A stretch of 63,455 nt of DNA, filler included. It is 6 parts of 6 records of this genome, joined end to end, with 100 filler letters (N's around TTAATTAATTAA, not from the genome) between each part and the next. Parts side by side here need not be neighbours in the genome. Positions count along the whole stretch, not along the records: positions 50,075 to 56,975 come from DRR723986_13318; positions 57,076 to 63,455 come from DRR723986_13339; 4 more parts are not named here. One strand, 5' to 3'. Position 1 is the stretch's first letter, and the number at the start of each line of letters is the position of its first letter. Positions 50,075-61,837 of this stretch are shown piece after piece. The translations under genes were made by a program, and so were the position numbers. The notes below the pieces were generated by a model. The model worked only from the letters and a program-made list of their open reading frames with translations. It searched no databases and was not told where the DNA came from.

Positions 50075-50716
50075 GACGCCAACCAGTTGACGGTGGCGCT
50101 CACCAGTCGTTTCAATGACCTCCTGACCGGGGCGGAGCGGGCTCGGGTGAGTGTTGGCCAGGTGCGCTATTTCGAAGATCGTGAAGTGGATCTGTTTGGC
50201 GAGGGCGCATCCGACCGGAGCCGCTCACCGCTGGCGGGCGAGTTGGTGCTGAACCCCATCGACAATCTGGAGCTTCGTTCTTCCCTGCTGTGGGATCACG
50301 AAACCCGGAAAACCGAAGAGGGCCGCAGCCAGCTGATTTTCCACTCCGAGGATTATCGTTACCTGGCGACACTCGGACATACCTACAGCCGGCCGGATGA
50401 GCTGGAACAAACCGACATTGGAACGGTCTTTCCGGTAACGGACCAGGTCAGTGCCATTGGTCGCTGGGTCTGGGATTCTCAGCTCGACCGAACCGTGGGC
50501 ACCCTTGCCGGTCTGGAATATAACAACTGCTGCTGGAGTTTTCAGGTGGTGCACCAGAACTACCTGACTGATGACGAAGAACTGGACACCCGCTTGCTGT
50601 TCCGGATTGAACTGAAAGGTCTGGGCGGCAGTGGCGGTGCATCCGACAACATCGCGGACGCCATCTACGGCTACGACGAGCGCGAGCGCCGGAGGTTCGG
50701 AAACCCGCGCCGTTGA
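50075..50716 (+). CDS. lptD: LPS assembly protein LptD, 3' fragment
   Basis: DANQLTVALTSR, GQVRYF, GLEYNNCCW, IELKGLG; directly upstream of surA. Confidence 0.93.
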   Translation, partial: DANQLTVALTSRFNDLLTGAERARVSVGQVRYFEDREVDLFGEGASDRSRSPLAGELVLNPIDNLELRSSLLWDHETRKTEEGRSQLIFHSEDYRYLATLGHTYSRPDELEQTDIGTVFPVTDQVSAIGRWVWDSQLDRTVGTLAGLEYNNCCWSFQVVHQNYLTDDEELDTRLLFRIELKGLGGSGGASDNIADAIYGYDERERRRFGNPRR

Positions 50717-50778
50717 ACGAACCCGAATCTGCAGGCCGACCCGGCTGCGATCACGATTTTACAAACCAAGAGGTGATT

Positions 50779-52122
50779 ATGAAGGCGACTGTCCGCCACG
50801 GACTGACAATTCTGCTGACACTTGCCATGGTGGTGCTGTCAGTGACTGCTCAGGCCGAACGAAAACTGCTGGACCGTGTGGTTGCGATCGTGGATGACGA
50901 GGTGATCCTCCAGAGTGAGCTGGACGCCCGTATCAATACCATTGTCGGTCGCCTGAGTGCGCAGGGCACTGGTCTGCCGCCCCGGGAACTGCTTGAGCAG
51001 CGGGTACTGGACCAACTGATTCAGGAATCCCTGCAGCTGCAGATGGCCGACCAGATGGGCATGCGCATCAGCGACAACGAGCTGAACGAGACCCTGGCCA
51101 ATATTGCCCGCAGCAACGGCATGACCCTGGCCGAATTCGAAGGCCAGCTGGCGGAAGAAGGGGTGACCTATCAGCAGGCCCGGGAGCAGATCCGCAATGA
51201 AATGCTGACCAGCCGGGTGCAGCAGCGTCGCGTAGGTAACCGGGTACGCGTTACCGACCGGGAAGTGGAAAACTATCTCCAGGCCCAGCAAGCCAACGGC
51301 AGTACCGATGCCGAATACCGTCTGGCCTATATCTTTATCGAAGTTGACGACCCGGCCAGCGAAGCGTCGGTGGATGAGGCCCGGGAGACAGCACAGGCCT
51401 TGCGCCAGCAGATTGCCAACGGTCGGGACTTCCGGGAAGTAGCGGTTGCCGAATCCGATGCCAGCAACGCCCTGGAAGGGGGCGACATGGGCTGGCGATC
51501 TGAAAGCCAGTTGCCCTCACTGGTCGCACCGGTGGTACCGGATCTGGAAGTTGGTGAGCCTTCGCAGGTGCTGGAAAACAACAGTGGTTTTCATCTGGTG
51601 ATGGTGATGGACAAGCGCGGCGGTGAGCAGCAGCAATTCATCCAGCAGCACCGGGTCCGGCATATCTTGGTACGGCCTTCCGAAGCGGTGACCGATGTGC
51701 AGGCGGAGCAGCGCATTCGCGAGATCTACCAGCAGTTGCAGGATGGCGCCGACTTTGCCGATCTGGCCCGTGAACGCTCGGACGATCCGGTCTCCGGCTC
51801 GGACGGCGGTAATCTGGGCTGGGTAAGCCCGGGCCAGATGGTGCCCGCTTTTGAAGAAGCCATGAATCAGGCGCAGGTGGGCGAATATTTCGGGCCTTTC
51901 CGGTCCCAGTTTGGCTGGCACATCCTGCAGGTGGAGGAGCGCCGGCGCCAGGACGTGACCGAACAGAATCGCGAGTCCCAGGCTCGTCAGGCCATCTATA
52001 TGCGGAAATTCGAGCTGGAATTGCAGAACTGGCTGCGTGAGATTCGGGACGAAGCCTTTGTTGAGTTCAAGGGTGAATATGCCGATATGAACCCGGAGAG
52101 CGAGGAAGCAAACCCGTCATGA
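50779..52122 (+). CDS. surA: periplasmic chaperone SurA
   Basis: Signal peptide, [14 protein letters not shown], two parvulin domains; start at the ATG after GAGG. Confidence 0.95.
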   Translation: MKATVRHGLTILLTLAMVVLSVTAQAERKLLDRVVAIVDDEVILQSELDARINTIVGRLSAQGTGLPPRELLEQRVLDQLIQESLQLQMADQMGMRISDNELNETLANIARSNGMTLAEFEGQLAEEGVTYQQAREQIRNEMLTSRVQQRRVGNRVRVTDREVENYLQAQQANGSTDAEYRLAYIFIEVDDPASEASVDEARETAQALRQQIANGRDFREVAVAESDASNALEGGDMGWRSESQLPSLVAPVVPDLEVGEPSQVLENNSGFHLVMVMDKRGGEQQQFIQQHRVRHILVRPSEAVTDVQAEQRIREIYQQLQDGADFADLARERSDDPVSGSDGGNLGWVSPGQMVPAFEEAMNQAQVGEYFGPFRSQFGWHILQVEERRRQDVTEQNRESQARQAIYMRKFELELQNWLREIRDEAFVEFKGEYADMNPESEEANPS

Positions 52123-53129
52123 GCACACCGGTGATCCTGGCACTCACTGCCGGCGAACCGGCCGGCATCGGCCCGGAACTTTGCCTGCAACTGGCAACCG
52201 GGAGCCGGGACGCCGGCCTGGTGGTGATTGCCAGCCGCGAACTGCTACGAGACAGGGCCAGCCAGCTCGGGCTCCAGATTGAGCTGCATGACTGGCAGCC
52301 AGGTGTAGCGGCAGCAACCCGGGCGGGTCATTTATCGGTACGACATGTTGAAGGTTGTGGTTCCACGGTGGCCGGCCGGCTTGATAAGGGTAACAGTCAG
52401 TACGTCCTGGACACCCTGACCATCGCCGCCCGGGGTTGCCTGAATGGCGATTTCGACGGCATGGTGACCGCGCCTGTGCACAAGGGCGTTATTAACGAAG
52501 CCGGCATCGTCTTCAGTGGCCATACCGAATTCCTGCAGGAGCTGTGTGGCGTGGAACGGGTGGTGATGATGCTGGCCACGGAAGAACTCCGGGTGGCATT
52601 GGTAACCACCCACTTACCCCTGAAAGACGTTTCTGCGGCCATTACACCGGACCGGCTGATTCAGGTGACGCGCATTCTGAATGCGGACCTGAAAGCCTTT
52701 TTTGGTATTGATCAGCCGCGCATTCTGGTGGCTGGCCTGAATCCCCACGCCGGTGAAGGGGGCCATCTGGGGCGGGAAGAAATTGAGGTGATTGAGCCGA
52801 CCCTCGAACAGCTGCGGGCCGAGGGAATTCAACTGACCGGGCCGTTGCCGGCGGACACCCTGTTCACCCCGCACTGGCTCGACAATGCCGATGCGGTATT
52901 GGCCATGTATCACGATCAGGGCCTGCCGGTACTGAAATTCCAGGGCTTTGGCCGGGCCGTTAATATCACCCTGGGCTTGCCCATTGTCCGTACCTCGGTT
53001 GACCATGGCACTGCCCTGGATCTGGCTGGCACGGGCAAGGCCGATGCGGGCAGCCTGCATACCGCTATCCGTGTGGGCGAGCAGATGGCCCAGTGCCGTA
53101 AAGCCACAGGGGCCGGAGAACTCTCATGA
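52119..53129 (+). CDS. pdxA: 4-hydroxythreonine-4-phosphate dehydrogenase
   Basis: [37 protein letters not shown]. Confidence 0.97.
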   Translation: MSTPVILALTAGEPAGIGPELCLQLATGSRDAGLVVIASRELLRDRASQLGLQIELHDWQPGVAAATRAGHLSVRHVEGCGSTVAGRLDKGNSQYVLDTLTIAARGCLNGDFDGMVTAPVHKGVINEAGIVFSGHTEFLQELCGVERVVMMLATEELRVALVTTHLPLKDVSAAITPDRLIQVTRILNADLKAFFGIDQPRILVAGLNPHAGEGGHLGREEIEVIEPTLEQLRAEGIQLTGPLPADTLFTPHWLDNADAVLAMYHDQGLPVLKFQGFGRAVNITLGLPIVRTSVDHGTALDLAGTGKADAGSLHTAIRVGEQMAQCRKATGAGELS

Positions 53130-53956
53130 GCAACAAACACGGGCACCAGGCCCGTAAACGGTTTGGCCAGAACTTCCTGCATGATCCCGGTGTGATAGAA
53201 CGCATCGTGCGCGCGATCAATCCCAAGCCGAAAGACTCGATTGTTGAAATCGGCCCCGGTCTGGGGGCTATTACCGAAGAAATCCTTGCCATCAATCCCC
53301 GTTTGCAGGTGGTGGAATTGGACCGGGACCTGATTCCGGTGCTGCGCACCAAGTTCTTCAACTACCCGGAATTCCGGATTCACGAGGCCGATGCCCTCAG
53401 TTTCGATTTCAGCCAGTTGGTGAGTGACCGGCCTTTGCGCATTGTCGGCAACCTGCCTTACAACATCTCCACCCCGCTGATCTTTCATCTGCTGTCCCAG
53501 AGCGGTGTGGTGCAGGACATGCACTTCATGTTGCAGAAGGAGGTGGTGCAGCGGCTGGCGGCGGTACCGGGCGACAACAATTACGGCCGCCTGGGTATCA
53601 TGGCCCAGTATTTCTGCAAGGTGCAGCCGCTGTTCGAAGTAGGCCCTGGCGCCTTCCGCCCGGCCCCGAAAGTGGACTCCGCCATTGTCCGCCTGGTGCC
53701 CCACAAGGAACTGCCGTACCCCGCGAAAGACCTGAAAACGCTGCAGGCAGTGGTACGCACCGCGTTCAATGCTCGCCGAAAAACCCTGCGCAAGGCGCTG
53801 GCGGCCATGGTTACCGTAGAACAGCTGCAGTCCCTCGGAATCAACGATGGCCTGCGCCCGGAAAACCTGGGCCTGGCCGACTATGTCAGGATCGCGGATT
53901 TGCTGGCAGACACTGGTAAGCTGCAGGCAGACGACAACGAGGTAAGTGATGACTGA
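53126..53956 (+). CDS. rsmA: 16S rRNA adenine dimethyltransferase
   Basis: [24 protein letters not shown]. Confidence 0.97.
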   Translation: MSNKHGHQARKRFGQNFLHDPGVIERIVRAINPKPKDSIVEIGPGLGAITEEILAINPRLQVVELDRDLIPVLRTKFFNYPEFRIHEADALSFDFSQLVSDRPLRIVGNLPYNISTPLIFHLLSQSGVVQDMHFMLQKEVVQRLAAVPGDNNYGRLGIMAQYFCKVQPLFEVGPGAFRPAPKVDSAIVRLVPHKELPYPAKDLKTLQAVVRTAFNARRKTLRKALAAMVTVEQLQSLGINDGLRPENLGLADYVRIADLLADTGKLQADDNEVSDD

Positions 53957-54752
53957 CTACGCCATCGGCGATATTCAGGGTTGCTACGATCGCCTGCGGG
54001 ATGTGCTGGCGAAAGTCGATTTTTCGCCGTCCCGTGACCGGCTCTGGGTGGCCGGTGATCTGATTAACCGCGGCCCGTCATCACTGGAAACCTTGCGCTA
54101 CATCGAAAGCCTGGGCGATGCCGCCGTCGTGGTACTGGGCAACCACGACCTGCATCTGCTGGCGGTCGCGCTTGGCGGCCACAGCCCGAAGCGCAAGGAT
54201 ACGTTGCATGACATTCTGGACGCACCGGATCACGACCGGCTGATCCAGTGGCTGCGCCAGCAGCATCTGTGCGTGCACGACGCCGGCCGAAACCTGGTGA
54301 TGGCCCATGCCGGCCTGCCGCACATCTGGAGTGTGGAGCAGGCCGTGGCCTGTGCCCGGGAAGTGGAAGCCGTGATCCGGGACGACCAGGCGGGCGAATA
54401 TTTCAGCCAAATGTATGGCAATCAGCCTGAAGCCTGGTGTGATACCCTCACCGGTATGGATCGCTGGCGAGTGATTACCAATTATTTTACCCGCATGCGT
54501 TTTATTGCCAGCGACGGCCGCTTGGAACTGGCTACCAAAGAGTCGGCCGATCAGGCGCCTGAGGGCTATGCCCCCTGGTTTACCTATCCCCGTCAGGACG
54601 ATGTGAAAGTGGTGTTTGGCCACTGGGCTGCGCTGGAAGGCAACACCGGCAGCGACCGGTTTATCGGGCTGGACACCGGGTGTGTATGGGGCGGCGCCCT
54701 GACCATGATGAATCTCGATACCGGAGAGAAGATCCACTGTGACTGCGGCTGA
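53949..54752 (+). CDS. apaH: symmetrical bis(5'-nucleosyl)-tetraphosphatase
   Basis: [40 protein letters not shown]. Confidence 0.96.
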   Translation: MTDYAIGDIQGCYDRLRDVLAKVDFSPSRDRLWVAGDLINRGPSSLETLRYIESLGDAAVVVLGNHDLHLLAVALGGHSPKRKDTLHDILDAPDHDRLIQWLRQQHLCVHDAGRNLVMAHAGLPHIWSVEQAVACAREVEAVIRDDQAGEYFSQMYGNQPEAWCDTLTGMDRWRVITNYFTRMRFIASDGRLELATKESADQAPEGYAPWFTYPRQDDVKVVFGHWAALEGNTGSDRFIGLDTGCVWGGALTMMNLDTGEKIHCDCG

Positions 54753-55137
54753 CCCCGGAACCCGGATTGTACGCTGGGCACTTGTCGCCGGCACCGTCGC
54801 CGGCCTGCTGGCCGTTATGGCTGGCGCTTTCGGTGCTCATGGCCTGCGCCATGTGGTGTCTGAACGCGGCCTTGAGGTGTTCCAGACGGCTGTCAGCTAC
54901 CAGATGTACCATGCCCTGGCTTTGGTGGCCGTGAGCCTGATGCCGGCGCTTGGCATGTCGGGGAACCTGCTGACCCTGGCCTGTGGATTCTGGCTTGCCG
55001 GCATGATGTTGTTCAGTGGCAGTCTCTACCTGCTGGTTCTGACAGGAATCCATTGGCTGGGCCCGGTGACACCGGTGGGCGGCGTCTGCTTTATGGTGGG
55101 CTGGGTGTTGCTGATTGTCGCAGCCCTGAAGAAGTAA
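54739..55137 (+). CDS. DUF423 (YgdD/TMEM256) membrane protein
   Basis: GAFGAHGL, YQMYHA, LFSGSLY, TPVGG. Confidence 0.9.
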   Translation: MTAADPGTRIVRWALVAGTVAGLLAVMAGAFGAHGLRHVVSERGLEVFQTAVSYQMYHALALVAVSLMPALGMSGNLLTLACGFWLAGMMLFSGSLYLLVLTGIHWLGPVTPVGGVCFMVGWVLLIVAALKK

Positions 55138-55154
55138 CGGAGGCAATGGTAACC

Positions 55155-55355
55155 ATGTTGGTACAGGTGAATGGCGAGGCGATGGAACTCCCGAGCGGAG
55201 CGACCATTGCCGCCCTGATAGAACAACTCACCCTGACCGGGAAACGCCTGGCGGTGGAGGTCAACGAAGACATTGTGCCCCGCAGCCAGCACCCGCAGTT
55301 CACCCTGAATGAAGGTGACCGGGTGGAAGTGGTCCACGCCATCGGTGGTGGTTGA
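55155..55355 (+). CDS. thiS: sulfur carrier protein ThiS
   Basis: VNGE...AVEVNEDIVPRS...GDRVEVVHAIGGG with C-terminal GG; upstream of thiG. Alternative start at 55146. Confidence 0.93.
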   Translation: MLVQVNGEAMELPSGATIAALIEQLTLTGKRLAVEVNEDIVPRSQHPQFTLNEGDRVEVVHAIGGG

Positions 55356-55414
55356 TACCTCATCAGAGCCAGGCGGTTCCCGCTCTTACTTTATCCAGAT
55401 AACTCAGGCAGGTT

Positions 55415-56224
55415 ATGACAGAGACACCAGAGATTCAGCTCCCCGAAGACAAACCCCTGGAAATCGCCGGCAAGGTGTACCAGTCCCGCTTGTTGGTGGG
55501 CACTGGCAAATACCACGACCTGATGGAAACCGGCCATGCTATCGAGGCCAGTGGTGCCGAGATCGTGACTGTGGCCGTACGCCGTACCAACCTGGGCCAG
55601 AACCCGGATGAACCCAATCTGCTGGACGTGATTTCCCCGGAAAGCTACACCATCCTGCCCAATACTGCCGGCTGCTACACCGCCAAAGATGCGGTCCGCA
55701 CCTGCAAGCTGGCCCGGGAACTGCTGGATGGCCACGATCTGGTCAAACTGGAAGTGCTGGGCGAACATAAAACCCTGTACCCCAACATGCCGGAAACCCT
55801 GATCGCGGCTGAAGAGCTGATCAAGGATGGCTTCAAGGTGATGGTGTACTGCTCGGACGACCCTCTGCTGGCCATGCGCCTGGAAGAAATGGGCTGCGTG
55901 GCCATCATGCCTCTGGGGGCGCCGATTGGCTCCGGCCTGGGTATCCAGAACCGCTACAACATCCGGCTGATTGTCGAGAACGCCAAGGTGCCGGTGTTGG
56001 TGGATGCGGGTGTTGGTACGGCCTCGGACGCTACCATTGCCATGGAGCTGGGCTGTGACGGCGTGCTGATGAACACCGCGATCGCCCAGGCCAAAGACCC
56101 GATCAGAATGGCCAATGCCATGCGCCTGGCCATCGAATCCGGCCGTGAAGCCTACCTCGCCGGCCGTATGCCCAAGAAACTGTATGCCAGTGCCTCGTCA
56201 CCGATCGACGGCACTTTTTTCTGA
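55415..56224 (+). CDS. thiG: thiazole synthase
   Basis: [39 protein letters not shown]. Confidence 0.97.
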   Translation: MTETPEIQLPEDKPLEIAGKVYQSRLLVGTGKYHDLMETGHAIEASGAEIVTVAVRRTNLGQNPDEPNLLDVISPESYTILPNTAGCYTAKDAVRTCKLARELLDGHDLVKLEVLGEHKTLYPNMPETLIAAEELIKDGFKVMVYCSDDPLLAMRLEEMGCVAIMPLGAPIGSGLGIQNRYNIRLIVENAKVPVLVDAGVGTASDATIAMELGCDGVLMNTAIAQAKDPIRMANAMRLAIESGREAYLAGRMPKKLYASASSPIDGTFF

Positions 56225-56293
56225 AAAGTCCCTCCCTCGCCGGGGAGGGCATATAAAACCAAAACCAGAATTTCAGAGCGCTGTAGTCCTGTC

Positions 56294-56881
56294 ATGACCA
56301 ACCAGAAACCCAGTCGCCGGGAGTCTATTCTCCAGGCGCTAGTCGAGCTGTTGCAAAGCGATCCCGGTGCCCGAATCACCACGGCCGGCCTGGCCAAAAC
56401 CGTGGGCGTTACCGAAGCGGCCCTGTACCGGCATTTTCCCAGCAAGCGCAAAATGTTTGAGGCGCTGATCGAATTTGCCGAGGAGGCGGTTTTTTCCCGT
56501 TGCCAGGTGATTCTGCAGGAACAGGAGGATGTGCGCGTGCGCCTGCAGCAGCTGTCGCATCTGGTGCTGGTGTTTGCCGAGCGTAATCCGGGCTTGTGTT
56601 GCGTGCTGACTGGCGATGCGCTGATGGGGGAGGATGAATCGCTGAGAAAGCGGGCATCCCAGTTCTTTGAACGGCTGGAAACCCAGATTCGCCAGACCCT
56701 GAAAGAAGGCGAAATCCGCCAGGGACTGCGGCCCAGAACCACGGCTGCCCGTGGTGCGGACTTTGTCATGGTGTTCGTGGAAGGCCGGATTCAGCGCTTT
56801 GTACGGTCTTCGTTTTCGCGCTTGCCGACGAGTGATTTCGACGAGGCCTGGGGGCTGGTGTCCGAAGCGGTCTGGGGATAA
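56294..56881 (+). CDS. slmA: nucleoid occlusion factor SlmA (TetR family)
   Basis: RRESILQAL, RITTAGLA..VGVTEAALYRHFPSKRKMFEALIEF, FAERNPG. Confidence 0.9.
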   Translation: MTNQKPSRRESILQALVELLQSDPGARITTAGLAKTVGVTEAALYRHFPSKRKMFEALIEFAEEAVFSRCQVILQEQEDVRVRLQQLSHLVLVFAERNPGLCCVLTGDALMGEDESLRKRASQFFERLETQIRQTLKEGEIRQGLRPRTTAARGADFVMVFVEGRIQRFVRSSFSRLPTSDFDEAWGLVSEAVWG

Positions 56882-56939
56882 AGGTTGGGAGGTGGTGTAC
56901 CCCTAGCCTGATGGTTTTGGAGAATGGCACTGGCTGGAA

Positions 56940-56975
56940 GCCCTTTCCCGAAACCGCTACAAGCACATCCCTGTG
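56940..56975. repeat. truncated Marinobacter-type intergenic palindromic repeat at contig end
   Basis: CCTTTCCCGAAACCGCTACAAGCACATCCCTGTG resembles the left arm of a multicopy Marinobacter element (from recall); the assembly breaks here. Confidence 0.45.
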
Positions 56976-57075
56976 NNNNNNNNNNNNNNNNNNNNNNNNN
57001 NNNNNNNNNNNNNNNNNNNTTAATTAATTAANNNNNNNNNNNNNNNNNNNNNNNNNNNNNNNNNNNNNNNNNNNN
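56976..57075. other. artificial contig spacer
   Basis: N-run, TTAATTAATTAA, N-run. Confidence 0.99.
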
Positions 57076-57076
57076 C

Positions 57077-58303
57077 TTCATGCGCGTGATGATCGAGCGC
57101 GGCTTTCTGGCCGACTGCACCGATTATCAGGGCTTGGACGAGGCCTTTAGCACCTCGGTGGTCCCTGCCTATATCGGCTTTGATGCCACAGCAAAATCCT
57201 TGCATGTGGGATCGCTTATTCAAATCATGATGCTGCGCTGGTTGCAAAAGACCGGGCATAAGCCGATCACCTTGATGGGGGGCGGCACCACAAAGGTGGG
57301 CGATCCGTCGTTTCGCGCCGACGAGCGCCCATTGCTGACGGCCCAGCAGATTGACGACAATATCGATGGCATCAAACAGGTTTTCGCCAAATATATCGAT
57401 TACGGCGATGGCCCGACCGGCGCCTTGATGCTGAATAACGCCGAGTGGCTGGACGGGCTGAACTATCTCGAGTTTCTGCGCGATATCGGGCGCCATTTCA
57501 GCGTGAACCGCATGCTGTCGTTTGAATCGGTGAAATCGCGCCTGGACCGCGAGCAATCGCTGTCGTTTCTTGAATTTAACTACATGATTTTGCAGGCCTA
57601 CGACTTTTTGGAGCTAAACCGCCGCTACGGCTGTTTGCTGCAGATGGGGGGCTCGGATCAGTGGGGAAATATCGTGAATGGTATCGATCTGACCCGCCGT
57701 GTGCTGGACCATGAAATATACGGGCTGACATCGCCCTTGCTGACCACCAGCGATGGCAAGAAGATGGGCAAAACCGCCGATGGCGCGGTGTGGCTGAACG
57801 CCGATATGCGCAGCCCCTATGAATTTTGGCAATTTTGGCGCAACACCACCGATGCCGATGTGGGGCGGTTTTTGAAGCTTTACACCGAAATCGATCTGGA
57901 TGAATGCAATCGCCTGGGCGCGCTGCAGGGGGCCGAAATTAACGAGGCCAAGGTGGTGCTGGCCGATGCTGTCACCACGCTGTGCCATGGGGCTGCGGCG
58001 GCTGCGGCCGCACAGGCCACCGCGCGCGAGGTGTTCGAGAGGGGCGGCACAGGCGCCGAGCTGCCCACATTGGTGCTAGAGGCCGATGAGGTGGCAAACG
58101 GCATTTCCGTGGTGCAGCTGGTGGTGCGCGCGGGCCTGGCCAAATCGGGCAAAGATGCAAAACGCCTGATTGCCGAAAATGGCGCGCGGCTGAATGACGC
58201 GCCGCTGACAGATGCCGCTTTGATGCTGGACAGCGCCGCATTCGCGCAGCCGGTGAAACTGTCAGCAGGCAAAAAGCGCCACGCTTTGATCAAGCTGAAA
58301 TAA
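57077..58303 (+). CDS. tyrS: tyrosine--tRNA ligase, probably missing a few N-terminal residues
   Basis: [15 protein letters not shown] (HIGH), [16 protein letters not shown] (KMSKS), S4-like C-terminus. Confidence 0.97.
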   Translation, partial: FMRVMIERGFLADCTDYQGLDEAFSTSVVPAYIGFDATAKSLHVGSLIQIMMLRWLQKTGHKPITLMGGGTTKVGDPSFRADERPLLTAQQIDDNIDGIKQVFAKYIDYGDGPTGALMLNNAEWLDGLNYLEFLRDIGRHFSVNRMLSFESVKSRLDREQSLSFLEFNYMILQAYDFLELNRRYGCLLQMGGSDQWGNIVNGIDLTRRVLDHEIYGLTSPLLTTSDGKKMGKTADGAVWLNADMRSPYEFWQFWRNTTDADVGRFLKLYTEIDLDECNRLGALQGAEINEAKVVLADAVTTLCHGAAAAAAAQATAREVFERGGTGAELPTLVLEADEVANGISVVQLVVRAGLAKSGKDAKRLIAENGARLNDAPLTDAALMLDSAAFAQPVKLSAGKKRHALIKLK

Positions 58304-58328
58304 CATCAAAAGCAGCGCGTAAAGCATT

Positions 58329-58354
58329 AAAAAGCCGGGATTTCCCGGCTTTTT
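58329..58354. terminator. bidirectional terminator tyrS/aroB
   Basis: AAAAAGCCGGGATTTCCCGGCTTTTT. Confidence 0.88.
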
Positions 58355-59477
58355 ATGCGCGGCGCGCCTTATCTTGCAGCGCCTCATCCAGCAGCTGCAC
58401 AACCGCCTGGGGTGGCACATCAGATGTGACAAAGGCCTGCCCGATGCCGCGCGCCAGAATAAAGCGCAGCTTGCCATCGATCACCTTTTTATCCTGCCCC
58501 ATCAACGCCAATAGCGCCGCCGCATCGGGCAGATCGCCGGGGATATCGGCCAGATCTACCTTCATGCCCATAGCCCGCAAATGCGCGCGCACGCGGCTGG
58601 GCTCTTCTTGGCTGCAAAGGCCCAGGCGCGCCGACAGCTCGAACGCCAGGGCGCAGCCAATCGCCACCCCCTCGCCATGCAGCAGCCGCGCCCCGTTATA
58701 GGCGGTGGCGGCCTCGAACGCGTGGCAAAACGTGTGGCCCAGGTTCAACAGCGCGCGCTCGCCCTGCTCGGTTTCATCCGCCTCGACGATGCGCGCCTTC
58801 ATCTCGACCGAGCGGCGCACAGCAAAAATGCGCGCCCCCATATCGCCCGCAGCAGCCTTTGGCCCGTGGGTTTCCAGCCAGTCAAAGAAACCGGCATCGC
58901 CCAGCAGGCCGTATTTCACCACCTCGCCATAGCCCGCCAGATAATCGCGCGGCGCCAGGCTGGATAAAACGCCGGTATCGGCCAGCACCAAAGCGGGCTG
59001 GTGAAAGGCGCCCACCAGGTTTTTGCCATGGCTTGTGTTGATGCCCGTTTTCCCCCCGACCGAGCTATCGACCTGCGCCAAAAGGCTGGTTGGAATTTGC
59101 ACAAATCGCACACCACGGCGCAAAATTGCCGCGGCAAACCCCACCAGATCGCCAATAACCCCGCCCCCCAGGGCCACCACCACATCGCGCCGCTCGACCC
59201 GCTGATCAAGCAGCCATTCTACGGCTTGGGTCAGGTAGGGCCAGCTTTTGGTGCCCTCGCCCGCAGGCAAACGCAGCGCAACCATCTCGATACCCGCCGC
59301 GCGCAACCCGTCTTGCAGCGCCTCTAAATGCAGCGCCGCCACGGTTTCATCGCTGATCACCGCCACCCGCGGGCGGTGCAAAAGCGGCGCAATCAGCGCC
59401 CCCGCCTGCGCCAACAGCCCAGTGCCAATGTGAACATCATAGTCGCGCCCAGGCAGGGCAACATGCACGGTTTCCAC
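58353..59477 (-). CDS. aroB: 3-dehydroquinate synthase
   Basis: ALGGGVIGDL, QVDSSVGGKTG, LNLGHTFCH, LHGE, DKK; GTG start overlaps the aroK stop. Confidence 0.96.
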   Translation of the reverse strand: METVHVALPGRDYDVHIGTGLLAQAGALIAPLLHRPRVAVISDETVAALHLEALQDGLRAAGIEMVALRLPAGEGTKSWPYLTQAVEWLLDQRVERRDVVVALGGGVIGDLVGFAAAILRRGVRFVQIPTSLLAQVDSSVGGKTGINTSHGKNLVGAFHQPALVLADTGVLSSLAPRDYLAGYGEVVKYGLLGDAGFFDWLETHGPKAAAGDMGARIFAVRRSVEMKARIVEADETEQGERALLNLGHTFCHAFEAATAYNGARLLHGEGVAIGCALAFELSARLGLCSQEEPSRVRAHLRAMGMKVDLADIPGDLPDAAALLALMGQDKKVIDGKLRFILARGIGQAFVTSDVPPQAVVQLLDEALQDKARRA

Positions 59478-60031
59478 TATGGCATCTCCTTTGCCAAAAC
59501 ATCGGGGCGGGTTTGCAGCTGCGCGATCACCGCATCCACCGTATCCTCGATCGAATAGCGCGCCAGCACCGGCACCCGCAGATCGGCCAGGGCATAGACT
59601 GGCACCCGTTCCTCGAACATCGCCGCCAGCGTGGCATGCGGATCGGGGGTGCGCAGCAGCGGGCGGGTATCTTTGTGGCGCACGCGCTGCCACAGCAGCG
59701 GCAGCGGCGCATCCAGCCATACCGACACCCCTTGTGCGGAAATCATCTGGCGATTGGCTGGCTGCATAAAGGCCCCACCCCCAGTGGATAAAATGCCGCT
59801 TTCACCGCCCAGCAGCCGCTCGATCACCTGGGTTTCCTTGGCGCGAAAAAACGCCTCGCCGTCACGCTGAAAAATCTCGGCGATACTGGCATTGGCGGCC
59901 AATTCGATCTCGGCATCCGAATCGATAAACGGCACGCCAAGGCGCGTGGCCAATGCACGCCCCACAGCGGTTTTACCGGCCCCCATCATACCGACCATCA
60001 CAATGGTTTTCTTTACGTTCCAGCCCATCAT
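59477..60031 (-). CDS. aroK: shikimate kinase
   Basis: GMMGAGKT, GEAFFR, STGGG, RPLL. Confidence 0.95.
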   Translation of the reverse strand: MMGWNVKKTIVMVGMMGAGKTAVGRALATRLGVPFIDSDAEIELAANASIAEIFQRDGEAFFRAKETQVIERLLGGESGILSTGGGAFMQPANRQMISAQGVSVWLDAPLPLLWQRVRHKDTRPLLRTPDPHATLAAMFEERVPVYALADLRVPVLARYSIEDTVDAVIAQLQTRPDVLAKEMP

Positions 60032-60142
60032 CAGCCCGTATCGGCGCGTTGACGCCATTTTTCAACTTTCTTGACTGAATGGCGTGATCTTGCGCGAAAT
60101 GCCAGTTATAACTTGGGAAAATCAAGCACGCAGGCAGGCAAC

Positions 60143-60292
60143 ATGGGCAGATTACTGAAATATCTCTTTATTCTCTGCGTTTTGGGTGGGGTTGCTTTGG
60201 TTGTTTACGCCTATATCGGGCCATTTTTGGGCGCCGATTTCTCGCCCCAATCCGAGGAAATTCGCCAAAAGGTCACGCTGGATGCGCTATAG
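60143..60292 (+). CDS. 49-aa single-TM hypothetical protein
   Basis: MGRLLKYLFILCVLGGVALVVYAYIGPFLGADFSP...; overlaps the start of the next gene. Confidence 0.75.
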   Translation: MGRLLKYLFILCVLGGVALVVYAYIGPFLGADFSPQSEEIRQKVTLDAL

Positions 60293-61835
60293 CGCGGCGC
60301 TGATCCTGTGTTTGCTGGGGCTGGCCCCGCTGCAAGCTCAGGCCCAGGGCGCGCCGCTGTCGGCCATCGATTGGCTGCGCCCGCCGGCAGTTGATATGCC
60401 CGTCACCCGCGCCACACCCCAGCCCACAGCCCCCCAACCGGCCGAGCCACCCGTGGCCAGCACCGTTGGGCGCCCGCAAGTGACGGTAACAACATTGGGC
60501 CAGCCGCGCCTTGATGCTGTGGGGCTATTGCCCAGCCAGGTCACCGGCCTGCCCCAAAGCCTGTGGCAGGCCAGCCCCGCCGCGCGCCTGGCGCAGCTGA
60601 TCGCAGCGCGCAATGTCGATCGTTTACCCGCCATGCAGGCGCTGCTGTTTACCCTGTTGATGGCCGAGGCCAACGCCCCCTTTGATGCCGGCCCCGATGC
60701 GCCGCTTTTGCAGGCGCGCATTGATGCGCTGATGCGGCTGGGGGCAGTCGATGCCGCCCAATCGCTGTTGGAACGCGCAGGTGCGGGCACGCCCACCCTG
60801 TTTAAACGCTGGTTTGATGCCACCTTGCTGACCGGCGACGAAGACCGCGCCTGCGCGGCCTTGCGCGCAGCGCCGCATCTGTCGCCCAGCTATGCCGCGC
60901 GCATTTATTGCCTGGCCCGCGGGGGCGATTGGCCCGGCGCGGCGCTGACATTTGATACCGCGCGGGTCTTGGGGTTTTTGGGCGCCACGGAAGAAACGCT
61001 GGTGGCCCATTTCCTAGACCCCGAGCTTTACGAGGGCGAGGTATTGCCCCTGCCCCCCGTGCGCCCCAGCCCGCTGCTGTTTCGCCTATACGAGGCCGCG
61101 GGCGAGCCGCTGCCAACCGCCACCCTGCCCTTGGCCTTTGCCATGTCTGACCTGCGCGCCACCGCCGGCTGGAAGGCGGAATTGGCCGCAGCAGAACGGC
61201 TGGCGCGCACCGGGGCGCTGCCCTTTAACCGGCTTTTGGGGATTTACACCGAACGGCTGCCTGCCGCCTCGGGCGGTATTTGGGACCGGGTCGAGGCGAT
61301 CCAGCGGTTTGATACCGCCATGCGCGCAGGCGATCCGGGCGCCGTGGCGCGCTATCTACCCAAAGCATGGGCTGCCATGCGCGCGGCGCGGCTAGAAGTG
61401 CCCTTTGCATCGGGCTATGGCGCCGAGCTGATGCGCCTGCCCTTACCCGAGCAAGCCGCCGCTTTGGCCTATGATATTGCCCTTGTCAGCCCCGAATATG
61501 AAACCGCGGCCCTGGCCTATGGGGCGCGCTATCCAAAGCGGCAATTTGAAACCAGCCTTGCCCGCGGCATGCCCCAAACCCCGCAGGCCGATCCGTTGCG
61601 TGTGGCCATAACCTTGGGCTTTTCCAGCGCGACGCCCCCCCCAGATCTGGCGGCACTTTTGGCAAATGACCAGTTGGGCGAGGCAATTTTGCGCGCCATG
61701 GCGCTTTATGAACAAGCAGCCGAGGGCGATTTGAACGCGCTGGCACCGGCCCTATCAACGCTGCGTGCCTTGGGGCTAGAAGACACCGCCCGCCGCGCTG
61801 CCCTGCAATTGGCGCTGCTGCGTTACCGGGGGTAA
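60282..61835 (+). CDS. exported all-helical hypothetical protein
   Basis: Signal peptide (AQA), PLSAIDWL, Pro-rich linker, Ala/Leu-rich helical body; ends 2 nt before xerD. Confidence 0.8.
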   Translation: MRYSAALILCLLGLAPLQAQAQGAPLSAIDWLRPPAVDMPVTRATPQPTAPQPAEPPVASTVGRPQVTVTTLGQPRLDAVGLLPSQVTGLPQSLWQASPAARLAQLIAARNVDRLPAMQALLFTLLMAEANAPFDAGPDAPLLQARIDALMRLGAVDAAQSLLERAGAGTPTLFKRWFDATLLTGDEDRACAALRAAPHLSPSYAARIYCLARGGDWPGAALTFDTARVLGFLGATEETLVAHFLDPELYEGEVLPLPPVRPSPLLFRLYEAAGEPLPTATLPLAFAMSDLRATAGWKAELAAAERLARTGALPFNRLLGIYTERLPAASGGIWDRVEAIQRFDTAMRAGDPGAVARYLPKAWAAMRAARLEVPFASGYGAELMRLPLPEQAAALAYDIALVSPEYETAALAYGARYPKRQFETSLARGMPQTPQADPLRVAITLGFSSATPPPDLAALLANDQLGEAILRAMALYEQAAEGDLNALAPALSTLRALGLEDTARRAALQLALLRYRG

Positions 61836-61837
61836 AA

